From NCBI GenBank assembly GCA_040901985.1, contig JBBDYC010000001.1, positions 60,486 to 106,842 of the forward strand: a stretch of DNA of 46,357 nucleotides, given 5' to 3'. This document shows positions 12,892 through 21,919 of the stretch, piece after piece. Position numbers and translations under genes: made by a program. How positions within the stretch are numbered: the stretch's first letter is position 1; every line of letters begins with the position of its first letter. The notes under the pieces are model-generated. The model worked only from the letters and a program-made list of their open reading frames with translations, was not told the origin of the DNA and made no database searches. This stretch comes from Gemmatimonadaceae bacterium. GTDB lineage: Bacteria; Gemmatimonadota; Gemmatimonadetes; Gemmatimonadales; Gemmatimonadaceae.

Positions 12892-13431
12892 ATGTCGCGT
12901 ATCGGAAAGCTGCCGGTGACGATCCCGGCCGGAGTGACGGTGAAGGTCGAGGGGAACAAGGTCTCGGTGAAGGGCCCGAAGGGCGAGCTCTCGCGGACGA
13001 TCCACCCGGAGATGGCGGTCAGGCTCGAGGGGAACGTGCTGACGGTGGCGCGTCCCTCGGATGAGCAGAATCACAAGGCGCTCCACGGGCTCTCGCGGAC
13101 CCTCCTCGCCAACATGGTCGAGGGGTGCACGAAGGGCTACGTGAAGCAGCTCGAGATCAATGGCGTCGGATTCAAGGCGGAGCCGAAGCCGTTCGGGCTC
13201 CAGCTGGCGCTGGGCTTCTCCCACCAGGTCGTCTACCGGGCGCCGGCGGGGATCAAGCTCACCGCGCCGCAGCCGACGCAGGTGGTGATCGAGGGCGCCG
13301 ACAAGGAAAAGGTCGGGCAGGTGGCGGCGGAGATCCGCGCGCTGCGGCCCCCCGAGCCCTACAAGGGCAAGGGCATCAAGTACGTAGGCGAGGTCGTCCG
13401 GCGGAAGGCCGGCAAGGCGGGGGGCAAGTAA
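12892..13431 (+). CDS. rplF: 50S ribosomal protein L6
   Basis: [28 protein letters not shown]. Confidence 0.98.
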   Translation: MSRIGKLPVTIPAGVTVKVEGNKVSVKGPKGELSRTIHPEMAVRLEGNVLTVARPSDEQNHKALHGLSRTLLANMVEGCTKGYVKQLEINGVGFKAEPKPFGLQLALGFSHQVVYRAPAGIKLTAPQPTQVVIEGADKEKVGQVAAEIRALRPPEPYKGKGIKYVGEVVRRKAGKAGGK

Positions 13432-13787
13432 TGCCAGGGAAGCGCATTCCGAAGACGCGCGCGGGGTTGCGGGCGCGTCGACACATCCGAGTCCGGGTGA
13501 AGGTGGCGGGGACGGCCGCACGGCCGCGCCTCGTGGTCTTCCGCTCGCTGAAGCACGTCTCCGTGCAGCTGGTGGACGACGTGAAGCGGCACACGTTGCT
13601 GACGGTCACCGACGCCGGATTGTCGGGGAAGAAGTCCGAGAAGTCCGTGGCGGTCGGCAAGCGCGTCGCCGAGCAGGCGAAGGCGGCCGGAATTACGAAG
13701 GTCGTGTTCGACCGTGGCGGTTACCAGTATCACGGCCGCGTGAAAGCGGTGGCCGACGGAGCCCGCGAAGGCGGGTTGGAGTTCTAA
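13431..13787 (+). CDS. rplR: 50S ribosomal protein L18
   Basis: [42 protein letters not shown] overlap with rplF. Confidence 0.97.
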   Translation: MPGKRIPKTRAGLRARRHIRVRVKVAGTAARPRLVVFRSLKHVSVQLVDDVKRHTLLTVTDAGLSGKKSEKSVAVGKRVAEQAKAAGITKVVFDRGGYQYHGRVKAVADGAREGGLEF

Positions 13788-14537
13788 ATGGCTGAACAGA
13801 CAGGTGGTGGTTCGACGCCCGCCGGGCGTCGCGGTGGTCCTCCGGTCGGTCGTGGGCGCGGCCCGCCAGGTGGCGGGCGCGGTGGCCCGGGCGGCGGGCG
13901 CAGCGGTCCCGGCGGTCCCGGCGGTCGTGGCGGCCCGGGCGGCCCGGGCGGGCGCGGCGGGCCGGGCGGGCGTGACGGTCGCGGCGGCCGCGATGGCGGA
14001 CGCGGTGGCCCGCAGCAGGACCGCGAGGGGAGCGATCTCCTCGAGAACGTGATCGCCATCAACCGCGTGGCGAAGGTCGTCAAGGGCGGCCGTCGGTTCT
14101 CCTTCAACGCGCTCGTCGCCGTCGGCGACGGGCAGGGGAAGGTGGGCGTGGCGACCGGCAAGGCGAACGAAGTCTCGGAGGCGGTCCGCAAGGCCGTGGA
14201 CGGGGCGCGCCGCGCGATGATCTCGATTCCGATGACGGGCGCGACGATCCCGCACGAGATCGTCGGCAAGCACGGGGCCGGCAAGGTCCTGATGAAGCCG
14301 GCCGCCCCTGGCGCCGGCGTGATCGCCGGCGGCGCCGTGCGCGCGGTGCTGGAGTGCGTGGGCATCCACGACATCCTCACCAAGTCGCTCGGTTCCACCA
14401 ACCCGCACAACATGGTGCTCGCCGCGCTCGACGGGCTGCAGAGCCTGACGACCGTCGAGCAGATCGCCCGCGAACGCGGGGTCGAGGTCTCCTCGCTCGG
14501 CTACCGTTCGCGCGCGAAGTCCAAGGAGACCGTCTGA
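13788..14537 (+). CDS. rpsE: 30S ribosomal protein S5 with Gly/Arg-rich N-terminal extension
   Basis: [30 protein letters not shown], plus a roughly 80-aa RGG/GGP leader. Confidence 0.97.
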   Translation: MAEQTGGGSTPAGRRGGPPVGRGRGPPGGGRGGPGGGRSGPGGPGGRGGPGGPGGRGGPGGRDGRGGRDGGRGGPQQDREGSDLLENVIAINRVAKVVKGGRRFSFNALVAVGDGQGKVGVATGKANEVSEAVRKAVDGARRAMISIPMTGATIPHEIVGKHGAGKVLMKPAAPGAGVIAGGAVRAVLECVGIHDILTKSLGSTNPHNMVLAALDGLQSLTTVEQIARERGVEVSSLGYRSRAKSKETV

Positions 14538-14788
14538 TGCCGCGTACGTTCGTGTGGCACCCCAGCAAGGGGCCGAAGCATACCGCGCCGAACACCCTCA
14601 CCGAGGGGAAGGTCCGCATCACGCAGGTGCGGTCCGGGATCGGCCATAACAAGGTCATGAATGCAACCCTCGAGGCGCTCGGGCTGCGGCACCACCAGGC
14701 CTCCGTGGTGCAGCAGGACTCGAAGGCGCTCCGCGGGATGATCAAGCGCGTGCGCCACTTGGTGGACGTCACGCCGGTGAAGGAGTAA
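14537..14788 (+). CDS. rpmD: 50S ribosomal protein L30 (N-terminal extension)
   Basis: VRITQVRSGIG, TLEALGLR, RGMIKRVRHLV. TGATG overlap with rpsE. Confidence 0.93.
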   Translation: MPRTFVWHPSKGPKHTAPNTLTEGKVRITQVRSGIGHNKVMNATLEALGLRHHQASVVQQDSKALRGMIKRVRHLVDVTPVKE

Positions 14789-14791
14789 GCG

Positions 14792-15253
14792 ATGAGCGAG
14801 GAGAAGATCACCCTGAACACCCTGGCGCGGACGCCGGGCTCGCACCGCAACCGGAAGCGCATCGGGCGCGGCCCGGGCTCGGGGACGGGCAAGACGTCGG
14901 GCAAGGGACACAAGGGCATCAAGGCCCGCTCGGGCCACCACGGCCACGGCGGCAACAAGCCGCACTTCGAGGGCGGGCAGATGCCGCTCACGCGGCGCGT
15001 CCCCAAGCGCGGCTTCACCAACCCGTTCCGGATCGAGTCGCAGGTGGTCGGGCTCGCCGACCTCGCGCTCGTGACGGGCGCCGAGGTCACGATGGAGACA
15101 CTCTCCGCGGTCGGGCTGGTGAACCTGGCGAAGGGGCCGGCGAAGCTGCTGGCGAACGGGGAGATTGCCCGCGCGGTGACCGTGCGCGGACTCAAGGTCA
15201 GCGGCCCGGCGCGCGAGAAGATCGTGGCGGCGGGCGGCACGATCGAGGAATAG
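14792..15253 (+). CDS. rplO: 50S ribosomal protein L15
   Basis: RIGRGPGSGTGKTSGKGHKG, FEGGQMPLTRRVPKRGF. Confidence 0.98.
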   Translation: MSEEKITLNTLARTPGSHRNRKRIGRGPGSGTGKTSGKGHKGIKARSGHHGHGGNKPHFEGGQMPLTRRVPKRGFTNPFRIESQVVGLADLALVTGAEVTMETLSAVGLVNLAKGPAKLLANGEIARAVTVRGLKVSGPAREKIVAAGGTIEE

Positions 15254-15254
15254 G

Positions 15255-16583
15255 ATGGCTCAGGCGAATCCGATGGCGGCGGTAGGCAACATCTACCGCA
15301 CGCCGGAGCTCTGGCAGAAAATCACGTTCACGTTCCTCTGCCTGGTGATCTACCGGGTGGGGTCGCACGTGACGGCGCCCGGCGTGGACGTGGTCGCGAT
15401 GACGAACTTCTTCGCAAGCCAGGGCGGCGGGCTGCTCGGCCTCTACGACCTCTTCGTCGGCGGCAACCTCTCCCGCTCGACGATCTTCGCGTTGGGCATC
15501 ATGCCCTACATCTCGGCGAGCATCTTCATGCAGATCGGCGCGGCGATGGTGCCGACGCTCGAGAAGATGCAGAAGGACGAGGAGGGCCGGAAGAAGATCA
15601 CGCAGTGGACGCGCTACGGCACGGTGGCGCTGGCGGCGGTCCAGGCCTACGGGTTCGCGATCTTCACCTCGGGCGTGCAGGGCGCGGTCGTCACGCCGGG
15701 CACCGGGTTCATGGTCCAGATGGTCCTCTTCCTGACCACCGGCGCGCTCTTCGTGATGTGGCTGGGCGAGCAGATCACCGAGCGCGGACTGGGGAATGGC
15801 GCGTCGCTGCTGATCTTCTTCTCGATCGTCGAGCGGTTCTGGCCGTCCATCTTCCAGATGTTCACCTTCGTCTCGACCGGCGCGGTGACGATGCTCGGCG
15901 CCCTCGGGATGACGGCGACGATGCTCCTCGTGGTGGCGGGCGTGGTGGCGATGACGCTCGCCGCACGCCGGATCGCGATCCAGATCCCGCAGCGGACGAT
16001 GGCGCGCGGCCGGCAGCGCGAGGCAGCGAAGAACTTCATCCCGCTGAAGATCAACGCCGCCGGCGTGATGCCGATCATCTTCGCGCAGTCGCTGATCGTC
16101 GTGCCGGGCGCGGTCGCCCAGTTCTCGGGCAATCGGGCGGCGGCCGACTTCGCCGACCTCTTCGCCCCGGGCACGGGGCTCTACGTCGCCCTGATGGCCG
16201 TGCTGATCATGTTCTTCACCTACTTCTACACGTCCATCATCTTCAATCCGGTGGACCTCGCGGAGAACCTGAAGAAGCAGGGCGGGTTCATCCCCGGCGT
16301 CAAGCCGGGCGCGAAGACGGCCGAGTACATTGACCACGTCGTCTCGCGGATCACGCTCCCCGGCGCGGCGTTCCTGAGCGTGATTGCCCTGCTCCCGATC
16401 CTCCTCGCCGACATGTTCGGGGTGCCGTTCCAGTTCGGCGGCACGTCGCTGCTGATCGTGGTCGGCGTCGCGCTCGACACGATGGCGCAGATGCAGCAGC
16501 ACCTGATCCTACGGAAGTACGATGGCTTCATGAAGAAGGGCCGGGTCCGCTTCCGCGGCCGCGGCGGGCAGTCGGGCTTCTAG
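15255..16583 (+). CDS. secY: Preprotein translocase subunit SecY
   Basis: IFALGIMPYISASI, WLGEQITERGLGNG, GVMPIIFA, GGTSLLIVVGV. Confidence 0.98.
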   Translation: MAQANPMAAVGNIYRTPELWQKITFTFLCLVIYRVGSHVTAPGVDVVAMTNFFASQGGGLLGLYDLFVGGNLSRSTIFALGIMPYISASIFMQIGAAMVPTLEKMQKDEEGRKKITQWTRYGTVALAAVQAYGFAIFTSGVQGAVVTPGTGFMVQMVLFLTTGALFVMWLGEQITERGLGNGASLLIFFSIVERFWPSIFQMFTFVSTGAVTMLGALGMTATMLLVVAGVVAMTLAARRIAIQIPQRTMARGRQREAAKNFIPLKINAAGVMPIIFAQSLIVVPGAVAQFSGNRAAADFADLFAPGTGLYVALMAVLIMFFTYFYTSIIFNPVDLAENLKKQGGFIPGVKPGAKTAEYIDHVVSRITLPGAAFLSVIALLPILLADMFGVPFQFGGTSLLIVVGVALDTMAQMQQHLILRKYDGFMKKGRVRFRGRGGQSGF

Positions 16584-16599
16584 GGGAGTTGCTCACGCG

Positions 16600-17238
16600 A
16601 TGATCGTCGTCCTGCTCGGACCACCGGGCGCGGGCAAGGGGACGCAGGGGGAGCGGATCGCGGCTCACCTCGGCGTCCCCAAGATCGCTACGGGGGACGT
16701 GCTCCGTGCCGCCGTGAAGGCGGGGACGAAGCTCGGCCTCGAGGCCAAGGCGTATATGGACCGCGGCGACCTCGTCCCCGACCCGGTGATCCTCGGGATC
16801 ATGAAGGACGCGTTGGCCGAGCCGGCGCACGCCAGGGGTGTGGTCCTCGACGGCGTGGTCCGCACGGTGCCGCAGGCCGAGGGGCTCGCCGCGGTGACGC
16901 GTGAACTCGGACGCACGGTGGGCGTCGTCCTGGCCTTCGACATCGCCGACGACGCGCTCGTCGCGCGCCTCTCGGGCCGCACGGTCTGCGATCAGTGTCA
17001 GTCGCCCTTCACGGGGAAGCCGCCCGGCACGCCCTGCCCCAAGGGGGACGGCGGCACGCTGGTCCGCCGGAAGGACGACGAGCCCGACGCCATCCGCACG
17101 CGGCTGCGGGCCTACCGCGAGCAGACGGCGCCGGTCCTCGACTGGTACGTCGCGCAGGGCGCGCCGGTGGCGCACATCAATGCGGTGGGCTCGTTCGACG
17201 AGGTCGCGGCGCGCGCAATCGCGGCCGTCGGTCGGTGA
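16600..17238 (+). CDS. adk: Adenylate kinase
   Basis: GPPGAGKGTQ, TGDVLR, GDLVPD, RKDD; short Cys-containing LID. Confidence 0.96.
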   Translation: MIVVLLGPPGAGKGTQGERIAAHLGVPKIATGDVLRAAVKAGTKLGLEAKAYMDRGDLVPDPVILGIMKDALAEPAHARGVVLDGVVRTVPQAEGLAAVTRELGRTVGVVLAFDIADDALVARLSGRTVCDQCQSPFTGKPPGTPCPKGDGGTLVRRKDDEPDAIRTRLRAYREQTAPVLDWYVAQGAPVAHINAVGSFDEVAARAIAAVGR

Positions 17239-17990
17239 TCCAGCTCAAGAGCGCCCGCGAACTGGAGACGATGGCGGCGGGCGGACGGATCCTCGCGTCG
17301 ACCCACGCGCACATCAAGCCGGCAATCCGACCTGGCGCGACGACGCTCCAACTCGACGCGATGGTCGAGCGGTTCATCCGGTCGCACCCCGGCGCCACGC
17401 CCTCGTTCAAGGGGCTCTACGGCTTCCCCGGCGCGGCCTGCATCTCGATCAACGAGGAAATCGTGCACGGAATCCCCTCGGCAAAGCGCGTGCTGCAGGA
17501 GGGCGACCTCGTCACGGTGGACATCGGCGTATACTACGGCGGCTTCCACACCGACTCGGCGTGGAGCTACGCCGTCGGGGAGGTCGCGCGGGAGACGAAG
17601 CGCCTGATGGAGGTGACTGAGGCATCGCTCTGGGCGGGGATCGCGCAGGCGACGGTGGGGAACCACGTCGGCGACATCGGCGCGGCGGTGGAGGCGGTGG
17701 TGGTGCGCGGCCGCTTCACCGTGGTGCGCGACCTCGTGGGGCACGGCGTGGGCGCGGAGATGCACGAGGAACCGCAGGTGCCGAACCACGGCAAGCCCAA
17801 GCGCGGCCCTCGCCTCCTCGCGGGAATGACGCTGGCGATCGAGCCGATGGTGAACGCCGGCGGGGCGGCGACGCGCACACTCGGCGACAAATGGACCATC
17901 GTGACGCTCGACGGGGCGCGCTCGGCGCACTTCGAGCATACGGTCGCCATCACTGACGCCGGGCCGCGGGTGCTGACCACGCTCGCGTAG
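17235..17990 (+). CDS. map: Type I methionine aminopeptidase
   Basis: GTG at 17235 (GTGA overlap with adk). CISINEEIVHGIP, GHGVG, HEEP, AIEPM, SAHFEHT. Confidence 0.96.
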   Translation: MIQLKSARELETMAAGGRILASTHAHIKPAIRPGATTLQLDAMVERFIRSHPGATPSFKGLYGFPGAACISINEEIVHGIPSAKRVLQEGDLVTVDIGVYYGGFHTDSAWSYAVGEVARETKRLMEVTEASLWAGIAQATVGNHVGDIGAAVEAVVVRGRFTVVRDLVGHGVGAEMHEEPQVPNHGKPKRGPRLLAGMTLAIEPMVNAGGAATRTLGDKWTIVTLDGARSAHFEHTVAITDAGPRVLTTLA

Positions 17991-18007
17991 GGTTCCGCTG
18001 CCTCGAC

Positions 18008-18884
18008 TCAGTCGTCGCAGCGGCCGCGGCGGAAGTCCGCCGGCGCGCAGTCGAATGCGCTGCCGCTCCAGAGTCCGCGCCTGGCTTCGCGCGCCTCGGC
18101 GACGGCCGCCCTGATGACTTCGACATAGCGCACGTTGGGCGGATAGATCCCGATCACGGCGACGCCGGCGCGCGCGAGTTCGACGTTCACCATCCGGCCG
18201 TCGGCGAGGTAGGCGTAGACCAGGTCGCGGCCGTAACGATCGCGCCGTTGGACGTCGTACTCGAGGCCGAGCGCCGTTCCCGGCGGGGCCAGTGCGCGGA
18301 GGACGGAGGTGGCGCGGGCGTCCGGCGCGCCCAGGCCCGCCGCGGGCGCCGCCCCCAAAACCAAGCCCAGGCGCACCCCCCCGGCCGGCCTCGGGCGCGT
18401 CCACCAAAAGCAAGCGCAGGCGCACGCCGCCGACGCAGACGAGCGTGTCGCCGTCCACCACGCGTTGCACGCGGCAGCCCTGCGTGGCGCGGGACGGGTC
18501 AGGGACGTTCGGCGCCGTGGTCGCGCTGTCGCCGAGGGCCGGACGGCCCCGCCCGTCCGCAGTACTCGGACGCGAGACGCCGCCGGGCGGTCCGGCGCAC
18601 CCGCGCGTCCGCGACGGCACGTACCCGGCGCGCTCGGCGTCCTCGGCGGTCTTGAAGAAGCGAAGGTTGGCCGGCGAGAGGCGCCGCCACTGTGAGCAGC
18701 CGCGCCAGTAGTACACGGTGCCGCGGGATGACGCTATATAGTTGGCGTCGGCGGGGAGCGCGTCCTGCTCCGTCGCCGTCGGCCGGTCCAGCGCCCGCTG
18801 CATCGCCAAGGCGCCGGTCGCCGCGAGCAACAGGGCGAGGAATGGCGCCAGCAGCCACAGGGCGCGCGGTCGGGGGCGATTCAT
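18008..18884 (-). pseudogene. Secreted thermonuclease (SNase) with N-terminal Ada-metal-binding-like domain; frameshifted as assembled
   Basis: The 5' frame from ATG 18884 has a signal/TM segment, YIASSRGTVYYWRGC...F.TAEDAERAGY, then RVVDGDTL...RLLLVDAPE. The 3' frame has DRYGR, VNVELARAG, AREARRGLW. The frame switch coincides with a degenerate 49-bp duplication at 18332-18432. Confidence 0.8.
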
Positions 18885-18912
18885 CCGTGGACCGGGGGTC
18901 GTCGGCGCGACC

Positions 18913-20442
18913 CTAGAGCTGCGCCTCGACCGCAGCCGTCGCGCGCCTGGCGAACGTTGCGCACGACGCAACGAGTCGCGCCGCCTCCTTTGCCAGCGGC
19001 TCGCCGATCGACTTGTCAGGCATTCCGACGACGTTGATCCGCACGTTGTACGCGGCGCCGCGGCAGGCGGCTTCGGCGAGCAGCGCGGCTACGCCCGCAT
19101 CGCTCACGGCGTTCGTGTTGCCCTTCTCGGCGCAGATCGCGGCGAGTTCGGCGACTTCGCCGCACCAGCGCGCGGTCTCGAGGGGGACTTCGGCGGCCTT
19201 CATCAGTCCGGCCTGGATCGCTGCGTCGCGCGCTTTGACCTGTTCGGGAGTCTCTTTGGGGAGCTTGTACGCGGTGCTCACACTTGTGTAGGCCGCGGCG
19301 TCCTCATCCTTGAGTTCGGAGAGCCGGCGGACGAGGTTGGCGGCGCGGAGACCGATGTCCTGCATCTGGTCCTCGACGACGGCGTACTTTTTTCTGCCCA
19401 CGGTGAGCGCTGAGACCATTTGTGCGAGGGCGGCTGCGAGAGAACCGACGAGTGCAACTACAGTGCCACCACCCGGCACGGGCAAGGATGAGGCGACGGC
19501 CCCCGTGAATCCGTCGATGGTCTCGCCGCTGGGGCCAGCCGCGGCAGCAGCTGCGCGCACTTGGCGTTCCAAGACGGCGTCGGGTGTGTAGTCGCGCCAA
19601 CCAATGGAATGAGCCGCGGCTTCGAACAGTGCGCGCTCGGGCACGAGTCCGACGATTTCGCTCCACTTCGGTGGCACACCCTGCGCTACGGCCTCGCGCT
19701 TTACGGCCTCGTACGCTTCGTGCAGCGGAGTCACGTCCAAGTCCACGAGGTTCATTGACACCTGCGCCTGGCCGTCCACCTCGAGGCCGAGTCCCTTGAT
19801 CCCTTTGAGGCCACCGGACGAACCGCGGACAGCTTTGGCGACGCTCTTAGCGACGGCGATGTTTTCCTTGCCGCCGAGGTAGACGTTGTAGGCGACGAGG
19901 AACGGGCGCGCGCCGATCACGGTGGCGCCGGCGGTTGGGTGGACGGCGTTGGGGCCGAAGTCGGGCGTGCGCTTAGGGTCCGTACCGATCTCCGTGCGGG
20001 CCAGTTCGAACTCGCCGCGTCGGATATCGGCGAGGTTCACGCGATCCGGCCGCGAGGCCGCGCGTTCGTACAGAAAGACAGGAACCTTGAGTTCCTTGCC
20101 CACACGTTCGCCCAGCGCGCGCGCGAGGGCTACGCAGTCGTCCATCGAGGTCCCGTCGAGGGGGATGAACGGGCAGACGTCGGTGGCGCCGAGTCGCGGG
20201 TGAGCGCCGGAATGCTGGTTGAGGTCAATCAGGTCGGCGGCCTTGGCGATCCCGGCGAAGGCGGCGGCGGCGGCGCTCGCGACCGGCGCGACGAAGGTCA
20301 CGACGGTCCGGTTATGCGAGGCGTCGCTCGACACGTCGAGGAGGACGACCCCCTCGACGGCGGCGATCGCGTCACGGATGGCAGCGATGACTTCGGGGCG
20401 GCGGCCTTCGGAGAAGTTGGGGACGCATTCGACTAGTGACAC
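18913..20442 (-). CDS. ftcd: Glutamate formiminotransferase / formiminotetrahydrofolate cyclodeaminase (bifunctional)
   Basis: LVECVPNFSEGR, HNRTVVT, HPRLGATDVCPF, QVSMNL, then PGGG and GNTNAVSDAGVA (cyclodeaminase). Confidence 0.93.
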   Translation of the reverse strand: MSLVECVPNFSEGRRPEVIAAIRDAIAAVEGVVLLDVSSDASHNRTVVTFVAPVASAAAAAFAGIAKAADLIDLNQHSGAHPRLGATDVCPFIPLDGTSMDDCVALARALGERVGKELKVPVFLYERAASRPDRVNLADIRRGEFELARTEIGTDPKRTPDFGPNAVHPTAGATVIGARPFLVAYNVYLGGKENIAVAKSVAKAVRGSSGGLKGIKGLGLEVDGQAQVSMNLVDLDVTPLHEAYEAVKREAVAQGVPPKWSEIVGLVPERALFEAAAHSIGWRDYTPDAVLERQVRAAAAAAGPSGETIDGFTGAVASSLPVPGGGTVVALVGSLAAALAQMVSALTVGRKKYAVVEDQMQDIGLRAANLVRRLSELKDEDAAAYTSVSTAYKLPKETPEQVKARDAAIQAGLMKAAEVPLETARWCGEVAELAAICAEKGNTNAVSDAGVAALLAEAACRGAAYNVRINVVGMPDKSIGEPLAKEAARLVASCATFARRATAAVEAQL

Positions 20443-20540
20443 TTGGATGCTTGGGCGGAAGGGCTCGAAGGGATTTGTGCGCTGCCGTCAGAATCTAGTC
20501 CCCGCCGAAAACTCGCGCGCCGGCGTGCCGCCACGGCGCC

Positions 20541-21353
20541 TCACGCGCCGGCAAGGGCGTCGGCCAGCCACCGATGCATGGACGGATTGCCGGCGAGCAC
20601 ACTCGACTTGCCGAGTGCGCGGAGCGGCGCGCCTGTCAGGTCGGATGCCACGCCCCCCGCCTCACGCACCAGGAGCATCCCCGCGGCGAAGTCCCACGGG
20701 GCGAGTTCCATCTCCCAAAAGCCGTCGAATCGCCCGCAGGCAACGCTGGCAAGGTCTATGCTCGCCGCACCGGGTCGCCGCACGCCGGCGACGTGCGCCA
20801 TCACCTTCGCCATCTGCCGATGGTAGGGTTCGATGTCGGAGGCGTCCTTGAACGGAAACCCCGTCCCGACCAGCGCCCGCCTGGGGTCCTCGATGTCCGA
20901 GACCCGGCACGGCTTCCCGTTCAGGTAGGCCCCGCCGCCGGCCGCGGCAGTGAAGACCTCGTTCCCCGGGACGTCGTGCACGACCGCCGCGACGGGTTCG
21001 CCGGCTTCGAGGATGGCGATAGACACCGCGTACTCGGGATAACCGTGGAGGAAGTTCGTCGTCCCGTCGAGGGGGTCCACGACCACGGCCAGCCCGGTGC
21101 GGAGGCGCTCGGCGGGCACCGTGGCCGCGGTCTCCTCGGCCAGAATCGTCGCCTCGGGGAGCTCGGCGGCAATCAGCGCCAGGATGCGCGCCTCGGCAGC
21201 AAGGTCCACCTCGGAGACGAAGTCCGCCGGCCCCTTGGAGCGCCAATCGAGCGCCCCGATCGCTGGGGCGGCGTCGCGGATCACCGTTGCCGCAGCGGCC
21301 GCCGCGCGGACGGCAAGGGCGAGCAGTTCCGCCCGCTCTGGCTGATGGCCCAT
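20541..21353 (-). CDS. Inositol monophosphatase family (SuhB-like)
   Basis: DFVSEVD, AEE, VDPLDGTTNF, GTGFP, PWDFAAG. Start uncertain. Confidence 0.92.
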   Translation of the reverse strand: MGHQPERAELLALAVRAAAAAATVIRDAAPAIGALDWRSKGPADFVSEVDLAAEARILALIAAELPEATILAEETAATVPAERLRTGLAVVVDPLDGTTNFLHGYPEYAVSIAILEAGEPVAAVVHDVPGNEVFTAAAGGGAYLNGKPCRVSDIEDPRRALVGTGFPFKDASDIEPYHRQMAKVMAHVAGVRRPGAASIDLASVACGRFDGFWEMELAPWDFAAGMLLVREAGGVASDLTGAPLRALGKSSVLAGNPSMHRWLADALAGA

Positions 21354-21405
21354 CAAGCGCTCCGGTGGAATCGTGCCTCGATGGCACGACCCGCCGGGGA
21401 GCAGG

Positions 21406-21744
21406 TCATCGGCTCGCCAGCGCCGCGATCACCGCGAGCAGGACCGAGACCTGGATGCCCACCAGCCAGACGAACTGTCGGGAGATCTTCTGGTCGAGCG
21501 CCTCGAAGCGCCCGTCAATGGCCACGAAACGAAGTTCGATGCCCTCGAACCGCCGGTCAATCGCCTCGAACCGCCGATCAATTGCGTCAAGGCGCCGGTC
21601 GATGCTCTCGAATCGCCGATCCACCGCCTCGAATCGGCGGTGCAACGCGGCGATGGCGTGATCCAGGGCATCGAACCGTCCGTCAAAGCCTGTCACCTGG
21701 CCTTCCAGTCTGGCGATACGTTCCTGCAACGCCGGTTCAGCCAC
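21406..21744 (-). CDS. Heptad-repeat coiled-coil protein with C-terminal membrane anchor (DUF1640/CCDC90-like)
   Basis: Repeats RFEAVDR RFESIDR RLDAIDR RFEAIDR RFEGIEL RFVAIDG RFEALDQ, then hydrophobic FVWLVGIQVSVLLAVIAAL. SD GGAG before the GTG. Confidence 0.8.
   Translation of the reverse strand: MAEPALQERIARLEGQVTGFDGRFDALDHAIAALHRRFEAVDRRFESIDRRLDAIDRRFEAIDRRFEGIELRFVAIDGRFEALDQKISRQFVWLVGIQVSVLLAVIAALASR
21490..21690. repeat. Imperfect 21-bp tandem repeat within the coiled-coil gene
   Basis: Recurring cgcctcgaa(c/t)cgccg(g/a)tcaa-type units at 21-nt spacing. Confidence 0.8.
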
Positions 21745-21884
21745 GCGCGACTCCCTGCCGAGGGCACAATGGGGGCGGGATTGGCCGCCTGGTCACCGGA
21801 TAGCGTAAATATAGGCCCACCCAACGGAAGCACCAGAACGCCGCCGACCAGTGCGAACGGGTGCGTTGAGAATCGGTTGGCTGG

Positions 21885-21913
21885 TTGATAGCCCATTCCG
21901 CGCTCCCTAACTT
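21885..21913 (+). promoter_or_regulatory. Sigma70-like promoter of trpS (probably leaderless)
   Basis: TTGATA (21885-21890), 17-nt spacer, TAACTT (21908-21913). The ATG is 6 nt downstream and there is no SD. Confidence 0.6.
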
Positions 21914-21919
21914 CGAGTG

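Noticed and set aside
18340..18400. Programmed frameshift or phase variation at the C-runs in the nuclease gene
   Set aside because: Better explained by a degenerate 49-bp duplication. The intervening translation is not nuclease-like in either frame.
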